64,000 bases of DNA. It comes from Tubulanus polymorphus. Its lineage: Eukaryota; Animalia; Nemertea. Position numbers and translations under genes: made by a program. The notes below the pieces were generated by a model. The model was not told the origin of the DNA and ran no database searches. It worked only from the letters and a program-made list of their open reading frames with translations. The DNA lies in the NCBI RefSeq assembly GCF_964204645.1, contig NC_134031.1, positions 15,177,807 to 15,241,806 of the forward strand, given 5' to 3'. Positions 1 to 13,500 of this stretch are shown one piece after another. The first letter of the stretch is position 1; every line of letters starts with the position of its first letter.

Positions 1-51
1 GTGCTGTGTATCAAAATTAATATGACTTTGAATAATTTGTGATATTTGTAG

Positions 52-2691
52 ATTCAAGAGGAGATCAGTAAATTCAAACAGCAAGGAGCCGATATGGAGG
101 AGGAACGTAAACGAATATTGAAAAAACTATCGGAAAAACAAGAGAAATCTTCGAAAGAAGCCGATGAGCACGACAGCCGGTTTACCGCTATTAGTAAAAT
201 ATTAGATCAACTCAGAGCAGGTACCTAAACAACCCCTCACTCCCTCCTACCCTCACTCCCTCCTTGCCCTCACCCTCTCCTACCCCCACCCTCTTCTACC
301 CCTCACTTCTAACCCTCACCCCTTTCTACCTCCTACCCCTCCCTATTACCCTCCACCCTCTCCTACCTCGCACTCCCTCCTATCCACCCTCTTCTACCCC
401 TCAGTTCTAACCCTCACCCTCTCATAACCCCTCTCTAACTCCTACCCCTCACTCCCTATAACCCCTCACCCTCTCATAACCCCTCTCTAACTCCTACCCC
501 TCACTCCCTATAACCCCTGACCCTCTCATAACCCCTCTCTTACTCCTACCCCTCACTCCCTATAACCCCTCACCCTCTCATAACCCCTCTCTAACTCCTA
601 CCCCTCACTCCCTATAACCCCTCACCCTCTCATAACCCCTCTCTTACTCCTACCCCTCACTCCCTATAACCCTCACCTCTCATAACCCCTCTCTTACTCC
701 TACCCCTCACTCCCTATAACCCCTCTCTTACTCCTACCCCTCACTCCCTATAACTCCTCACCCTCTCATAACCCCTCTCTTACTCCTACCCCTCACTCCC
801 TATAACCCCTCTCTTACTCCTACCCCTCACTCCCTATAACTCCTCACCCTCTCATAACCCCTCTCTTACTCCTACCCCTCACTCCCTATAACCCCTCACC
901 CTCTCATAACCCCTCTCTTACTCCTACCCCTCACTCCCTATAACCCCTCACTCTCTCCTACCCTACACCTTCACTCTACCCTTCACTTCTACCCCTCACT
1001 TCTCACCCTCTCATAACCAATCACCCTCTCATCACCAATCATCCCCACCTACCCTACACCCTCACTCTACCGCTCACCCTCTCCTACCCCTCACTCCTCC
1101 AAACTCAATCAGATTTCCAAATCATCCATTCAAGTTTCACCCACAGATAAATGACATTATTGTTGTTGTTATCATTTTAGGAGTTGAATCATTGTTTAAT
1201 AAGATCAGTTGTAACCGCGCTGCTATTGACGAGATGCTCGGCGCTCATCAGGGGGTCACCGATCAAACTCTCATGGAATATCTCGGAATCATTGAACAGA
1301 GAACGAATGAATTATTAGCGATACAAGCCTACATCAATTATAAGGTACGCATTGAATCTTGCCGCGACTCCGCAGAGAGACAGATATAGAGTATAAATAT
1401 GAACTGATGTTGGATTTATGTTTGATAAATGTAGGATTATGAGAAGTACGATCCTAAAGCGCCTGCGCTGTTAGGAGAAGGTCCGCAACCTCCGGCGCAA
1501 CCTCAGCTAATCTTCCCTCCGTCTGTTGGGTAAGTTGTCATCAAGTTCTTGACTCAACGCGACCGTACAAAACTGTCTACTGAAAATTTCTAAACATTGT
1601 GAATTTGATGTTAAGAGTCAAATTGCTTGGTTCAGTATCAAATTTACCTCAAAATCGTGGAACTGGGACCACGTAAAACTGATTAAAGCTGACTGGAATT
1701 TGATAAATCTGTAAGGCTAAAATAAGATGTTACCATGTTTCTCCTGATTGGTAGGTTCATTTTGTAGATTGCAATAAAATTTGTCCATTCCTATATAACT
1801 GCTGGGTCTGTTATTGTTAGCTTGGTCATGATATTGAAAAACAAGTAATGTACAGGGTAGATACGCGACCAGTCGGGTCAACTTATAAGTTCAGGGGCCA
1901 GTTGCGCAGTTGTGACCTCAGTCGAAAAGTGGTCTTAAATCTTGAAACAGGTCTTAAGTTGTTAAATTGGCTATAGAACTAAGTTGGTCTTAGACTGGTC
2001 TTAATACCGAACCATGACTTTGCAACCGGCCCCAGCAGAAATGAGAAACAACGTATCTATTGGCCCTAAGGTGGTACACAAAACTTCGCTCTCAATTAAC
2101 CCTTTCAGTGCATCTAGACCGCAGTGCGGTGTATGAATCGCTGATGGATTTTGCTAGTACACCGCAATGCGGTGTATTGATATAATTAGTAATTAGTTTT
2201 TCTCTATTGAAAGATAGCAGCACCTGTCAAACATAGTGAAATATTAATAACTAACGATATACCGCGCCAGGGTGTAGACGCACTATAGTGGTATTCCTGT
2301 TATTCAACACACTAGGGTGGAATTTTTCAAAATTTTCAAATTATCTCCAGCACTATAGGGTATTGATCAGTCAGCACTGAAAGGGTTAAGCGGAGAATTT
2401 TCTGATAGTCCCCAACTAGTTTTTGTTTCCGCGCCCATAAACCTGGTTGTGGCCATATTTTAAATGTATTATTGATGTTGATTATATAGAGATGAGTACG
2501 AGTCAGAAGCGAGCGACGCCAGCGACGACGACCGTCCGTTTACGAGGAACGAGCTGCAAGTGAAAGTGATCAAAACGGTGCGAAAACGAGAATCGGCCGC
2601 GAAGAAAGAAGGATTTAAATACGACCTGTCGAACGCTCGAGAGAAAGCTGCCCAAAAACAAAAAAAGAAAGATGATAGGGGGAAAAATTGA
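52..2691 (+). CDS. Outer dynein arm docking complex coiled-coil protein, CCDC63/CCDC114 (ODAD1) family; 3' part only. Exons ~52-220, 1181-1344, 1435-1529, 2490-2691
   Basis: Spliced translation IQEEISKFKQQGADMEEERKRILKKL...KILDQLRAG / VESLFNKISCNRAAIDEMLGAHQGVTDQTLMEYLGIIEQRTNELL / DYEKYDPKAPALLGEGPQPP / DEYESEASDASDDDRPFTRNELQ...stop. The 'MxYLGIIEQRTNELL' and 'RPxTRxEL' motifs are typical of the ODA-DC2/CCDC63/114 family. GT-AG introns. Confidence 0.8.
225..1100. repeat. C-rich intronic minisatellite (CTCCTACCCCTCACTCCCTATAACCCCTC... units, ~30-50 bp)
   Basis: Directly visible tandem, nearly G-free repeat filling the intron. Confidence 0.95.
2096..2389 (+). mobile_element. piggyBac-type non-autonomous element (MITE family A), copy 1
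   Basis: TTAA-CCCTTTCAGTGC ... GCACTGAAAGGG-TTAA termini; ~290 bp; four more copies in the window. Confidence 0.9.
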
Positions 2692-3682
2692 ATCGTATTC
2701 GGAGAATGAACTATTGTGATATAGGAAATCGCGGCTCAGTTTCATGAAGTAAACATCACCTTAAATATCTGACCTCATGAAATTGGACCCCAAAATCCTG
2801 CTGCAGTTTCATGTCAGTTTGATTTGATCCAAAAACACTTTCTTGTATATTTTCTATGTGAATTGCTTTGTAGAATTTTAGAAAATGTAAAGTTGAATTT
2901 GAATCAAATCTGCTAATACGTGTAATAATATAAGGAATAGTGAAATTGTGATCGGTTTTTATTTTAAATTATTAAATCTATTGTATTAAAAATTCCGTCC
3001 TTGATAAAATGAATATTGAATTATATGTTGCTGTTTTGCTATTAAATGATGAAATTTAAAATAAAATATTAAAATAAATTCCTAGCATTTTGTGTCGATG
3101 TTGAATTGAGTCTGATGTAGCCCGGTAGGGCCTCAAGGACCTAGAGGAAGTCAGTCTGATGAAGGAACTAGAGGTCAGTTTGATCTAGGCCTAAGAGGAA
3201 GTCGGTCTGATCTAGGATTTATAGGAAGTCACAGTCTAATGTAGGACCTCGAGATAACCTGGTAAGTACCAGTAGCACACTTTAAAAATTACAAACGATC
3301 ACGTGTTTCAGGTATAGAAATATATTTCGACTCAGTTTTGTAAAAAATACTGACATTTAAATAGAAAAACAATCTTGGTTCCGGCTCCAGGAAGAGAGAG
3401 AACACGGACTCTGTGTATGTAGAGTACATACTTTAGCTTTGTAAACTCATTCATCACTGCATGAAGCACACGACTCGGTTCTACAACTCTCGGTTAGAAT
3501 TTGACTCGCAAGTAAAAAACATTTGAAATGAACTAAATTTGAAGTTATACTGAACCGAAACTGTAGACACTGAGTCCACTATGTTATAGAGCATAAAAAC
3601 ATTTTATCACATTATGTAGACACAGATATTCATGGACGGATTTGATATAAATCACACGATATTTCGAACAGTTTAGTTATTG

Positions 3683-6600
3683 CTATTTTTTGCGAGTGAG
3701 AATCGCAGGAATACGTCTCCTACTGTCGGCCATATTGACTGAATTAATCTTAAATACACCGGACGCGTTTGAGACATCTGTACCATCCCCTACAGCAGCG
3801 GGTGGAGGTTTCGGTGGAAGTGGAAGAGACGTGAGACTGTTTCCGCTATTTCGTCTGCTACTACTAGATGTGGATAGACTACTCGTTACACGCGGAGGTG
3901 TCTGATATCCACCTGGAAAATAAAAACAAAATTCAAGTTAGTTTCTACACAAACATCAGGAGAAAATTTCAACGTTTATTTGATGAATTTGGACCAACGA
4001 CGCAGTTCTAGGAAACACAGATAAGTTGCGAGACAAAATGAGATATCTTGAAGTTAAAGTTAAAGAAGTTAAAGTTGAAGTTGAAGTTGAGTTAAAGAGG
4101 ACTTTTTGACAATCCTTCAAAACAGTGTAAAATGGATATAAAACGATGATTCATCTGGACTGCACAGTTTCACTTCTGGGAAATATCCCCAAAAAATATC
4201 AGATGTCAGACAAAAAAGTAGACTTTAGACAAAATGGTTATCTTCAAGTTGATATAGTAAACTGAATTAGTATTGAGTTAGACGGATACTGGAAGTGGGA
4301 GGATGTTTATAGATTACCTGACGGTTTTTTCAATGTCAGTAGTTGTTCCCGTGCCTCGCTTAGAGCTTCAGTCAATTCGAATCTTTCCTCACATTCACGC
4401 CGTACAGTTTCTTGTAACAAAAACACCTTGAAAATATAGAAAACAAAACATCTATAGTTTGACTATAGGTTCTACAGTGTTGTTGGTGCTCTTAAGAGGG
4501 GAGTGTCTCACCTCATCTTGTAAACGTTTCAATTCTTCATCTTTATTTGTTTGATCTGATTGTAAATTATGAACGAGTTCCTGTGATTGTTTTAGAGACA
4601 GTTTTAGTGATTGTAATTCCTCTTCATTCCCGACATCCAAACGACCTAAACAATTATAGACAACACCGGCTACATGAAAATCAATTATCAGGACTCAGAG
4701 TTCCACATAACTGTGGAACCAGGTTCTGAACTGTGGAACTGGATCCAAAACTGTGGAACCAGGTGCTGAACTGTGGAAGTGATTCCAGAACTGTGGAACT
4801 AGGTGGAACTCAGTCCAGAACTGTGAAACTGGATCCAGAACTGTGGAACTGAGTCTTGCACTGTGGAACTGAATTCTGAATAGTGAAACTGGATTCAGGA
4901 CAGTACTGTGGAACAGGATCCAAGACTGTGAAACTGGATCTAGGATTGTGAAACTGAATCCAGGACTGAAACTGGATCCAGGACTGAAACTGGATCCAGA
5001 ACTGTGGAACTGAGTCCTGCACTGTGGAACTGAGACCTGAACTGTGAAACTGGATCCAGGACAGTACTGTGGAACTGGATCAAAGACTGTGGAACTGGAA
5101 CCAGAACTGTGAAACTGGATCCAGGACTGTGGAACCGGATCCAGGGGTGTAGAACTGGGTCCAGGAATGTGGAACTGGCTCCAGGACTGTGGAACTGGAT
5201 CCACATCTGTCCAGGACTGGTTGATTGATTCCTCACCTAAACGATCCTCTAAATCCCGAATTATTAACTTTAGGTTTTTCATTTCTTGTTGAAGTTCGGA
5301 TTCTTTATTTTGACAATGTTTCCTACAATCAGTAAGTTGTCTCTGTAAATCGGTCACCTCTGTTTTACGTCCGGCTTCAATCGATGATAATTGACGCTGA
5401 AACTGTTTAGAAAATTGTTCATTTGAAAATCAGAAATTTGTCCATAAAAGAAAACATATAACAGAGAGATTGTACGGCATGAATTTCAGTAGAATTGAAC
5501 TAACCTTTAATTCTTCATCTTTAGCATTTTTAATATACTTTTGAATTAATTCTTGATGTTTTTGACGCTCGATTTGTAATTCCTGAAATCAAAATCAGTT
5601 GATTATAGAAAACCAGTGAATGATGTTAAAAACAAGTTTTGTTTAGTTTTCAACATGGGAGATTTAGTTCACGCAGCCTACCGAAGCAGAATTCTCTTTA
5701 AGACGTTGTTCCACCAGAGCTAATTCTGCTAAATGTTTCGAACGCTCTTTCTTCAGACCATCTTCTAACTAAACACGAAGAAATAAAGACAATACAGTAG
5801 AATCAGCTTAATTCGGATTATTTGGGTACGACAAAATGCATCCGGTTTACGGGAAATCAGGATTAAAAGTCATTTTCTTGTTTATTTATGAACAAATGGA
5901 CTGCATATATCGTCCGGATTAGACCAGGATTCAGATTAAGCCGATCCGGATAGTGGGTTAGACTGTAATTTCAGTAATTCCTGAAGGAGCCGTGTTAACC
6001 TGGAGTAGAATAAATACAACGAGTCGAATAGTACAAATAGGTTAACTAGTTTATTAGACACACAAGCTTTTGCTACTAGAGTATAGTAGCTTCATCAGGT
6101 GAATGAGGGCAAATTAGTTCAATTAGATGAATAAGAATCCTACATTTACAAAATGAATTATACCAGCAGGGTTTACAGTTGTAAGGCCAGGATAAAAAGA
6201 CGTACTAAGAAAGACTTTTACTGCAACTTTAGACCCAAAACGGAGCATTTTTTGACTCAGAAAGTACTTTCCAGTAAAATGAGGGTCCATAAGAAAGCAT
6301 TTTTGCACTAGTCATTTCTCACTAGTCATGTAGACCAGTCATATATTCCAGGGTAAATCCATAACACTTTCCTGTATATTCAATCTTACTGACAATTGAC
6401 TTACCAGGCCTAAGTAATAAAATACTTCAACTGTTGAATTTGTGAAAAATGCGTGCGAAAAGTACATAAAAATCTAATTTAGGACTTTTTTTATCAGAAG
6501 GAAGGACTTAGAGTCAAAAAGAAGGACAAAGACGATGTTTATCCCTTTCTCTAAAAGGACAAAGAAGGTCTTGGAAGGACCACTAGAAACCTTGACCCCT

Positions 6601-9600
6601 GTAATCTCATTTACTGATCGGGAATATTTTCAAACCTTTTGAGGCCAGTTGTCAGCTTCGGCCATTTTATTTTTGAAACTTTCTCGGAGTTGTTCAATTC
6701 GAGTTTGATGCGAAAGAATCATCGATTCTCGTTCGGATTTTATAGATTTCAACTCTTCCTCCGTCGACGTCAATAAACGCTTGATTTCTTCAGTTTCATC
6801 TGTAAAAAAATAACCTTGGATTGAAAATCCATGTTCTCCACTTCCACCAGGCCTCGATAAACAGATTAACTCTTAACCCTTTCAATGCATCTACACCGCA
6901 GTGCGGTGTACGAATCAGTGATGGATTTTGCTAGTACACCACACTGTGGTGTATTGATTTAATTAGTAATTACAAATTATCTCACTTGAAAGATGGCAGC
7001 ATCTGTCAAACATAGTGAAATATTAGTAACTAACGATACACCGCCCCAGGGTGTAGACGCATTATAGTGGTATTCCCGTTTTTCAACACACTAGGGTGGA
7101 ATTTTTCAGAATTTTCAAATTATCTCTAGCACTATAGGGTATTAATTAGCCAGCACTGAAAGGGTTAAATCGAATTAGGACTTTATAAGAAATTTATCGA
7201 TAAACCGGACCAAGGTCTTGGGGGAAACTTCAAAATATTTGTTAGTCGTTCAAAAACTGAATAATCAAAAATCAGAAACAATTACTCTGTCAGAAATATC
7301 GTTTTTGGCAGGAAACTCCGAGGAATCAATAGTTACGATCCCGGTTCTTTGCATGCGGCTAGGCGCTCATGTCATGAACCGTTTGCACAAATCACTATTG
7401 GCGTAACATTTTGCGCCTCGAAAAAGTGGACGCACTCGATCAAAAGTGACGGCACAGGACGGTAAACCAAAAATCAAACATCCAAAACAATTACTCGTTA
7501 TTCTATTGACGTGACGGCAATGTCATGAGTTATCAACAAATTTGGATACACTATTTACAAAACTATGGCAGTTTTTAGATGAAATTGAGAGTCACTTACT
7601 GAGAGACAAATTTGCTTTACGATGAATTTCTTTCTCCGACTGTTTTTGTCGTTCGAGTTCGTTTTTAAAGTTCGTAGTTTGCATTTTCAACTCGTTCAAT
7701 TCGTTTTCTTTCTGTTTCAGTTTATCTTGCAACCTATAAAAAAAATATATTCGTCACAAATTCGGCGAAAAAACGTCAGTAAAAACTGAATTCGAAAACA
7801 TTCGAAAGTGAAAAAAAACCACGGAATTGCGCAATTCCTTATTTGTGATTACGAATTAGAAAACCTTTTCGTGTATCTGCAAGGAAGGATCTGTCCCGTT
7901 TAATACTCACAATGATATACTCTGTTCCAAACTAGTTGTAATACGTCGATTCTGAATTGAACTGTCGCTGATTTCTTTCGTTTTGTGACCGATTTGTTCT
8001 TTATATTGTTCACATTCTATAGAAATCATACGAGACTTCGATGTTTCTTTCTCCAAATCTTTCTCGAGCCCTAAATATAAACAAACAACTTTAGATCTAT
8101 CAAAAACACTCAGATATTAACTTCACATTGAAAAAAAATTCCTTTCGGCAAAAAGAGAGACAGTGATAATTATGTTATAACTAAACTACAGTGTGTTCAA
8201 AATTCTGCGGCTTGTGTGTGTTGTAACTCGCAATTCAAAATTTTGTAACATACAAATTCTTGAGCATATTTCATATGGATTTTAGGCTGAATGAATTATC
8301 ATTAAATCATTATTAATAGAGAGACTCAGATCTACTGTTGTGTGAGTTAAATGAAGCAACAGGATCCAGAAATAATTGAACTTACCTTTAACAGTTTGTT
8401 CAAGTAAGATACATTTGTTGCGTAACGAACCACAGTCTCGAGATTCCGCCCTCAATCTCAATAATTCACTCTCGTTCTCACTCAATATTTCTGAATATTT
8501 CTCGCTCTCTTTTCTCAATTTCGTAACTTCTTCTGAACTCTTTTTCAATTTCATTTCGATGGCTGAAAACTCTATAAAACCAGAACCGCATAATTATAAA
8601 GCTGACATGAACTTTTTGAACCTGCACATGCACATGTTAGATATTGATTTTTAATTACCTGTTTGATACTGTTTTTGTAGCTGTGTAAACAGGAACTGTA
8701 ATTGCGAATGAAATTGTTGAATTTGATTCCGTTGATTTATGAAATCGTCTCTTAGCGACGCCAACAATGATTTCTGTTGAGTTTGAGATGAATTCAAATA
8801 ACTCATTCTATTTTTACAACTTTCTAAAGTCAACCTGGAAAACAAAGAAGCAATATTGAAATTAGAAAAACTGGGGCTGCAGTTTCTCAAAAGTTGGTTA
8901 AAGTTAACCACAGTAGATAGTTGACATAGCGACAATTAAAAGTTCATTGCTACTATGATATTCATCTGCCGGTTATTTTTAACCAATTTTTGAGCAACTG
9001 GTCCCAGGACGTTAACATCATCTTTGTGAAAAAGATTTTTAGAGATTGACCTGTTTTTCTCAGCATCGTTCACAGAAAACGATAGTCTATCTTCCATTGT
9101 CGTATAATCGCAATTCATCGTCGTAATTAATTCCTCTTTATTCGATAATTCTTGCGTTAATGAAGAAATTCTGTAATAGATAATGTAAATAATAACTTAT
9201 TCAGCCTAAGATCCATTCCATGCTCGTCAGCCTTACATTATATATAAAAATAGAACATAGAAACAGAAAAAACTAAAACTGGTTAAATCAAAAGCTTTGA
9301 TGAACAAATTGGTTTCCAGCTTAAGATTCAAATACATCGATTGATTGACTTGATTTAATCGGACTAGGTATAGTGATGATTTCTGAGTCGTGCTAGTTTA
9401 ACCCTTTCAGTGCTGACTAATCAATACCCTATAGCGCTGGAGATAATTTGAAAATTTAAAAAAATTCCACCCTAGTGTGTTGAATAACGGGAATACCACT
9501 AGGCGTGCGTCTACACCGCGGCGCGGGGTATCGTTAGTTACTAGTATTTCACTATGTTTGACAGGTGCTGCCATCTTTCAATAGAGATAAAAACTAATTA

Positions 9601-10008
9601 CTAATTAAATCAATACACCGCACACCGCATTGCGGTGTACTAGCAAAATCCATCACTGATTCATACACCGCACTGCGGTGTAGACGCACTGAAAGGGTTA
9701 AGCGTATCACACTAGACGGCGCTTACTTACACATTTTCTTTATCTTTCATATTTTTCTCGTACTCTCCGATGACTGTCTGATGTTTTTTCAACTCCTCTT
9801 TAAGTCTTGTCTCCCTTTCTTCGCAGCCCTCGTAGAATTTCAGTCGTTCTTCCATTTTTTTCAGTTTGTCCTCCAACGCTTTGATCTCGTTGTGTATGAG
9901 GTAACTGACTCCGCAGAATTTACAAACAGTTTCATCGCGTTTCATCTTACGAATGTTCTCCGGTAGAGGGTGAACCGGGGTCGTTATTTCCAAACGATCG
10001 TTTTCCAT
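3683..10008 (-). CDS. LEKR1: LEKR1 (leucine-, glutamate- and lysine-rich protein 1) ortholog; multi-exon coiled-coil protein
   Basis: N-terminus MENDRLEITTPVHPLPENIRKMKRDETVCKFCGVSYLIHNEIKALEDK resembles LEKR1 'HALPEEI..M..EKVCKYCGVSYLI'. Near the C-terminus, LQETVRRECEERFELTEALSEAREQLL (~4320-4425). Last exon ~3683-3912 ends ...RRRIPAILTRKK-stop. Confidence 0.88.
4705..5215. repeat. 20-bp minisatellite (CTGTGGAACTGGATCCAGAA-type) in a LEKR1 intron
   Basis: Tandem array; same unit as 28440-29086 in reverse orientation and as the TIR of MITE family B. Confidence 0.92.
5793..5967. mobile_element. Short TA-flanked MITE (CAGT...ACTG termini, Tc1/mariner-pogo-like); relatives at ~13309-13440, 15345-15710, 18605-18768, 43500-43660
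   Basis: TACAGTAGAATCAGCTTAATTCGGAT ... GTTAGACTGTA; shared AATTCGGAT/ATCCGGAT internal motifs among copies. Confidence 0.6.
6873..7168 (+). mobile_element. piggyBac-type MITE family A, copy 2
   Basis: TTAA-CCCTTTCAATGC ... GCACTGAAAGGG-TTAA; body aligns with 2096-2389. Confidence 0.9.
9398..9701 (-). mobile_element. piggyBac-type MITE family A, copy 3 (inverted)
   Basis: TTAA-CCCTTTCAGTGC ... GCACTGAAAGGG-TTAA; body is the reverse complement of copy 1. Confidence 0.9.
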
Positions 10009-10159
10009 CGTTGCCAACACAGCTGCTGCAATAAAGTTTGAATTTATTTGACCAGGAAGTGAGTTGAATAAGCGATCTTTTTTAAAGATTTAATGAAGTT
10101 AAATTTAAAACAGATTGAACTTGATAAACATCAAATTTAACTAATTGAGGAACTTACGG

Positions 10160-10400
10160 TGACGGTGTTCAACAGCGCTTAGAATCCATTAAAATCATCA
10201 AATAATTAAATACTTTACAATATTTACAGCGTCATTCGCAACGGTTAGCACTAAATTGCGGAATCGGAATATCTATATAATTCGATTACTCTAAATCACG
10301 GATAGGGATTTATGCGTAGTAGATGGCGCTGATAACCCGGAAATGTAAATACCATGGCGATTGTAGAAACAAATTCAGTAAAATTCAGGTGCAGTGAAAC
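10160..10400. promoter_or_regulatory. Probable bidirectional promoter shared by LEKR1 (-) and TTC16 (+)
   Basis: Start codons ~570 bp apart head-to-head. LEKR1 5'UTR donor at ~10152-10158. Motifs AGATGGCG (YY1-like, 10321) and CCGGAAAT (ETS-like, 10337). Confidence 0.55.
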
Positions 10401-10575
10401 AGGATCCAAATATTTGCAGAATCTTCATATAGAAAACTGCATCACTCCTGACAATCGAGTCTGATTAAATGCACCAGCAGAGCAGCTGCACACAGCCCGA
10501 CCAGCAGCAGCAGGCCCTCTTTCACTCACTTGTCTCTTTCCAGACTCAGTAGACTATAGACGGGTATAGTGAGCG

Positions 10576-13500
10576 ATGGCTGAGGAAATACACATCCCTT
10601 CAGCGGCGTACACCCCGACCAGTGAGGTCGACGGTATCAGTCCCGAGGTGACTCTTATACGGCACGACAACACCTCCTCCGATATAAACCTGACCCTCGG
10701 AGGGGCACCCCCAAGCGGTTCACCGAGCGTATCGACTCCCGTCGATAATATATTCACTAAAAAACATGAATCCGATCATAAACATTTCATCCCTCAACAA
10801 CCTAGCCCCGCCTCCACAGCTGCTAGACCAGACAACAATACATCGGTCGTCAGTAGCGACAGTGTTACCAGGCAACCGTCTCAGACGTTTGTCGTCTCGG
10901 AAACGTCGACAATCGGTTTGAGCAAAGACGATACTTTAGAGAGTATAAAAAGAGCTCGAGCGAACCGCGGAGAACCGGACGATAAAGAACCGGAAAATGA
11001 GAACCAATTCATACCTGATATTCATATGAATTTACTCGCGGTCGAGGTGGCTTCGATCGATTCTCGGATGGGTCTGTTACGAAGTGTCCAGGCAACACCC
11101 GTCAGTCGCAGTATCCTGGCAACACCCAACAGTACGTCGACATTCGAGGATGAGCGATCATCACCGCAACAACCGCAGCAGCAGCAGCAGCAGGAGCTGA
11201 GACGAGTTAGTGATAATAAATCAGTTCTCTCTGAAGAGAATCTCGCAAAACTTGAAAAAGAAACAATGTCCGAAAAACAGCGTAAATCGAACAATAACAA
11301 CACTACGGGGGTCAGATTCGGGAGCACGACAGTAACCGAGATACCTGAGGAGAATGAGGATTACGATACCTCACCGGTGAGTAACACACCTCATATGAGG
11401 GGAGAGGAATATCTCGCAGGGGGAGAGTAACACCTCGTTTGGGGTTCGCTCTGGAGATAGAGATAGCTCTGACGTTTGAGAGATATTTCGTTTTTATTTG
11501 TAGACTGTAGATGGCACCAGTAGCGTTTTCAGTACGGCAGTCGACGAAGAGATGTTAGCTAAAAACGAAGAAACATCGTCGCGACGAAATACTTTATTTC
11601 TGCCGGAAAACTGGAGTCAACTTAAAAAACCGACTCTAACGATGGATGCGGTGCTCACGTCGAAAGCTAAAGAACAGTAAGTCCGAAATAGTCCTTAACT
11701 CATTCAATTCTTTCTTCGATTCTGTGAAAACTATCTCTGAATTGATTATTGATCTCCGTAGAAAATCTGTGACTCCTTCCTTTATAAAAACTAAAGGAAC
11801 GCTAGAATCGCAACTTCTAGTCGGTCTCAGAGTTTACGAGGAACTTACTTTCAACAAAGCTGCCAAGCTGTAAGTTATTTCTATTACTCGCCAGATTAGA
11901 GCTAAAAAATAGAGCAGAATAGAGAAAATCGGCTTCTAGAATAGAACCACATTTATATTTCATTCGTATTTCATATTCATTTACACGTTTAAAATCGAGG
12001 CTTTCACTAAACTAACTAAATATCAGCAACCAGTCTCACAGTTCCACAGGTGTATGTTAAGTTTTGACCGAAACTTAACAGAGATTTGCAGAACTGATCC
12101 CAAAGCTTTTTAATCAATCCAGCAGTATTAATTTTCAGCACATATTTTAGAATATTTCATAGCATTAAGATATCTGATACAGGGTCCGATCTAAGCACAT
12201 GTCCGATCACCCGGGACAAGTACATTCTCATTAGAGGAAGTAGGTTATCATCATCATTCGTGCAATTTTATGCCTCCAAACTTTTTTCCCACTCGATACA
12301 ACAGGACCCAGTAACACAGTTGTGAGTTAACTCTGAGTTAAAGTTAGTTCATTTTCAGTGATTTAACTCAGAATTAAATCTTAACTCGGAACTGTGGAAC
12401 TGGACCCAGATGATTGTGCCACCAATCGGACTGCCTGTGTAGGGCAAGATGATTTTTGAGGGGGCTAGTGAAATTTCAGATATGCTTGCCCCCGGGCAAA
12501 TGGCTTTTATTCATTGTAGATGTATTTAAAAACGCACCTGATCCGTTCACTGTTGTTGTTGTCGATGTATTTCAGTTATCAAAATGCTGTAGAGTTTATG
12601 AACGAAGGTGATTTTGAACGAGCTTTGATGCCATTGAATAAAGCTATTAATCTGAAATCTGAAGAGCCACAATTTTATGCTTGTCGTGGAGAATGTTTGC
12701 TACAACTTACTGACTTCCAGGTAATATTCCCCTCCCTCTCCCCTTCCCCCCTCTCCCCTTCCTCTCACCTTCCTTTTCTCTCTCCTCTCCCAGCGCCATT
12801 GCTTTTGAGATGTTTGAAATTGAATGAATACATTATGTACGTTTATTACGTACGCATAAAATTTGAATTTTTCAAAACCCTCCCCTTACCCCTGTACGTA
12901 AAATCGGCCAGTTTTTCATATTTATGAAACATTACAGTATGCAATTACACTCGTCCCTCCTCCCATAATGCCTACTACCAAAAACTTCAGAATCTGATCT
13001 TTCTTCATTGAAAATTTGGGCTTTGAGGTATGGTCTGATGTTTGTTTTTCTGTTTTTGCGTGTGTTTCAGTCAGCTATATTGAACTATAAGAAAGCACAC
13101 AGTTTACAACCGTCCGATCAACAGCTTTACTCGAAACTCGCCTTCATATATTTCTTCCAAGGTCAAACGTTGTTTGATCAGAAACTGTACTCGGAAGCTC
13201 TCGAATCGTTTACTAAAGCGGCGGAAATGAAACCAGAAATCAGAGGTTATCACACCAGAAGGTACGTGTGATGTCATAGGGGGATGTCGACATGCAGTGT
13301 ACATATAGTACAGTAAAACCCACTTGATCCAGATTTTGGTCCAATCCGGAGAATATTTGCAGTCCATTCGTTCATGAAAAGAAAATGACTTTTAATCTGG
13401 ATTTTCCGTAAACTGGATTAATTTTCCTGTGTAGAGACTGATGAAGACTGTATATACCTCAGAATATGTAACAGTAGTTCATTCTCTCACTTTTACATAC

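Noticed and set aside
225-1000. Interstitial telomeric repeat (TAACCC)
   Set aside because: TAACCC occurs only as part of a longer unit, not as tandem hexamers.
4695-5357. Long ORFs (220, 98, 70 aa) with repeated LDPVPQF/WIQFHS
   Set aside because: Read-through from a LEKR1 exon into a stop-poor 20-bp minisatellite; a donor at ~5235 removes it.
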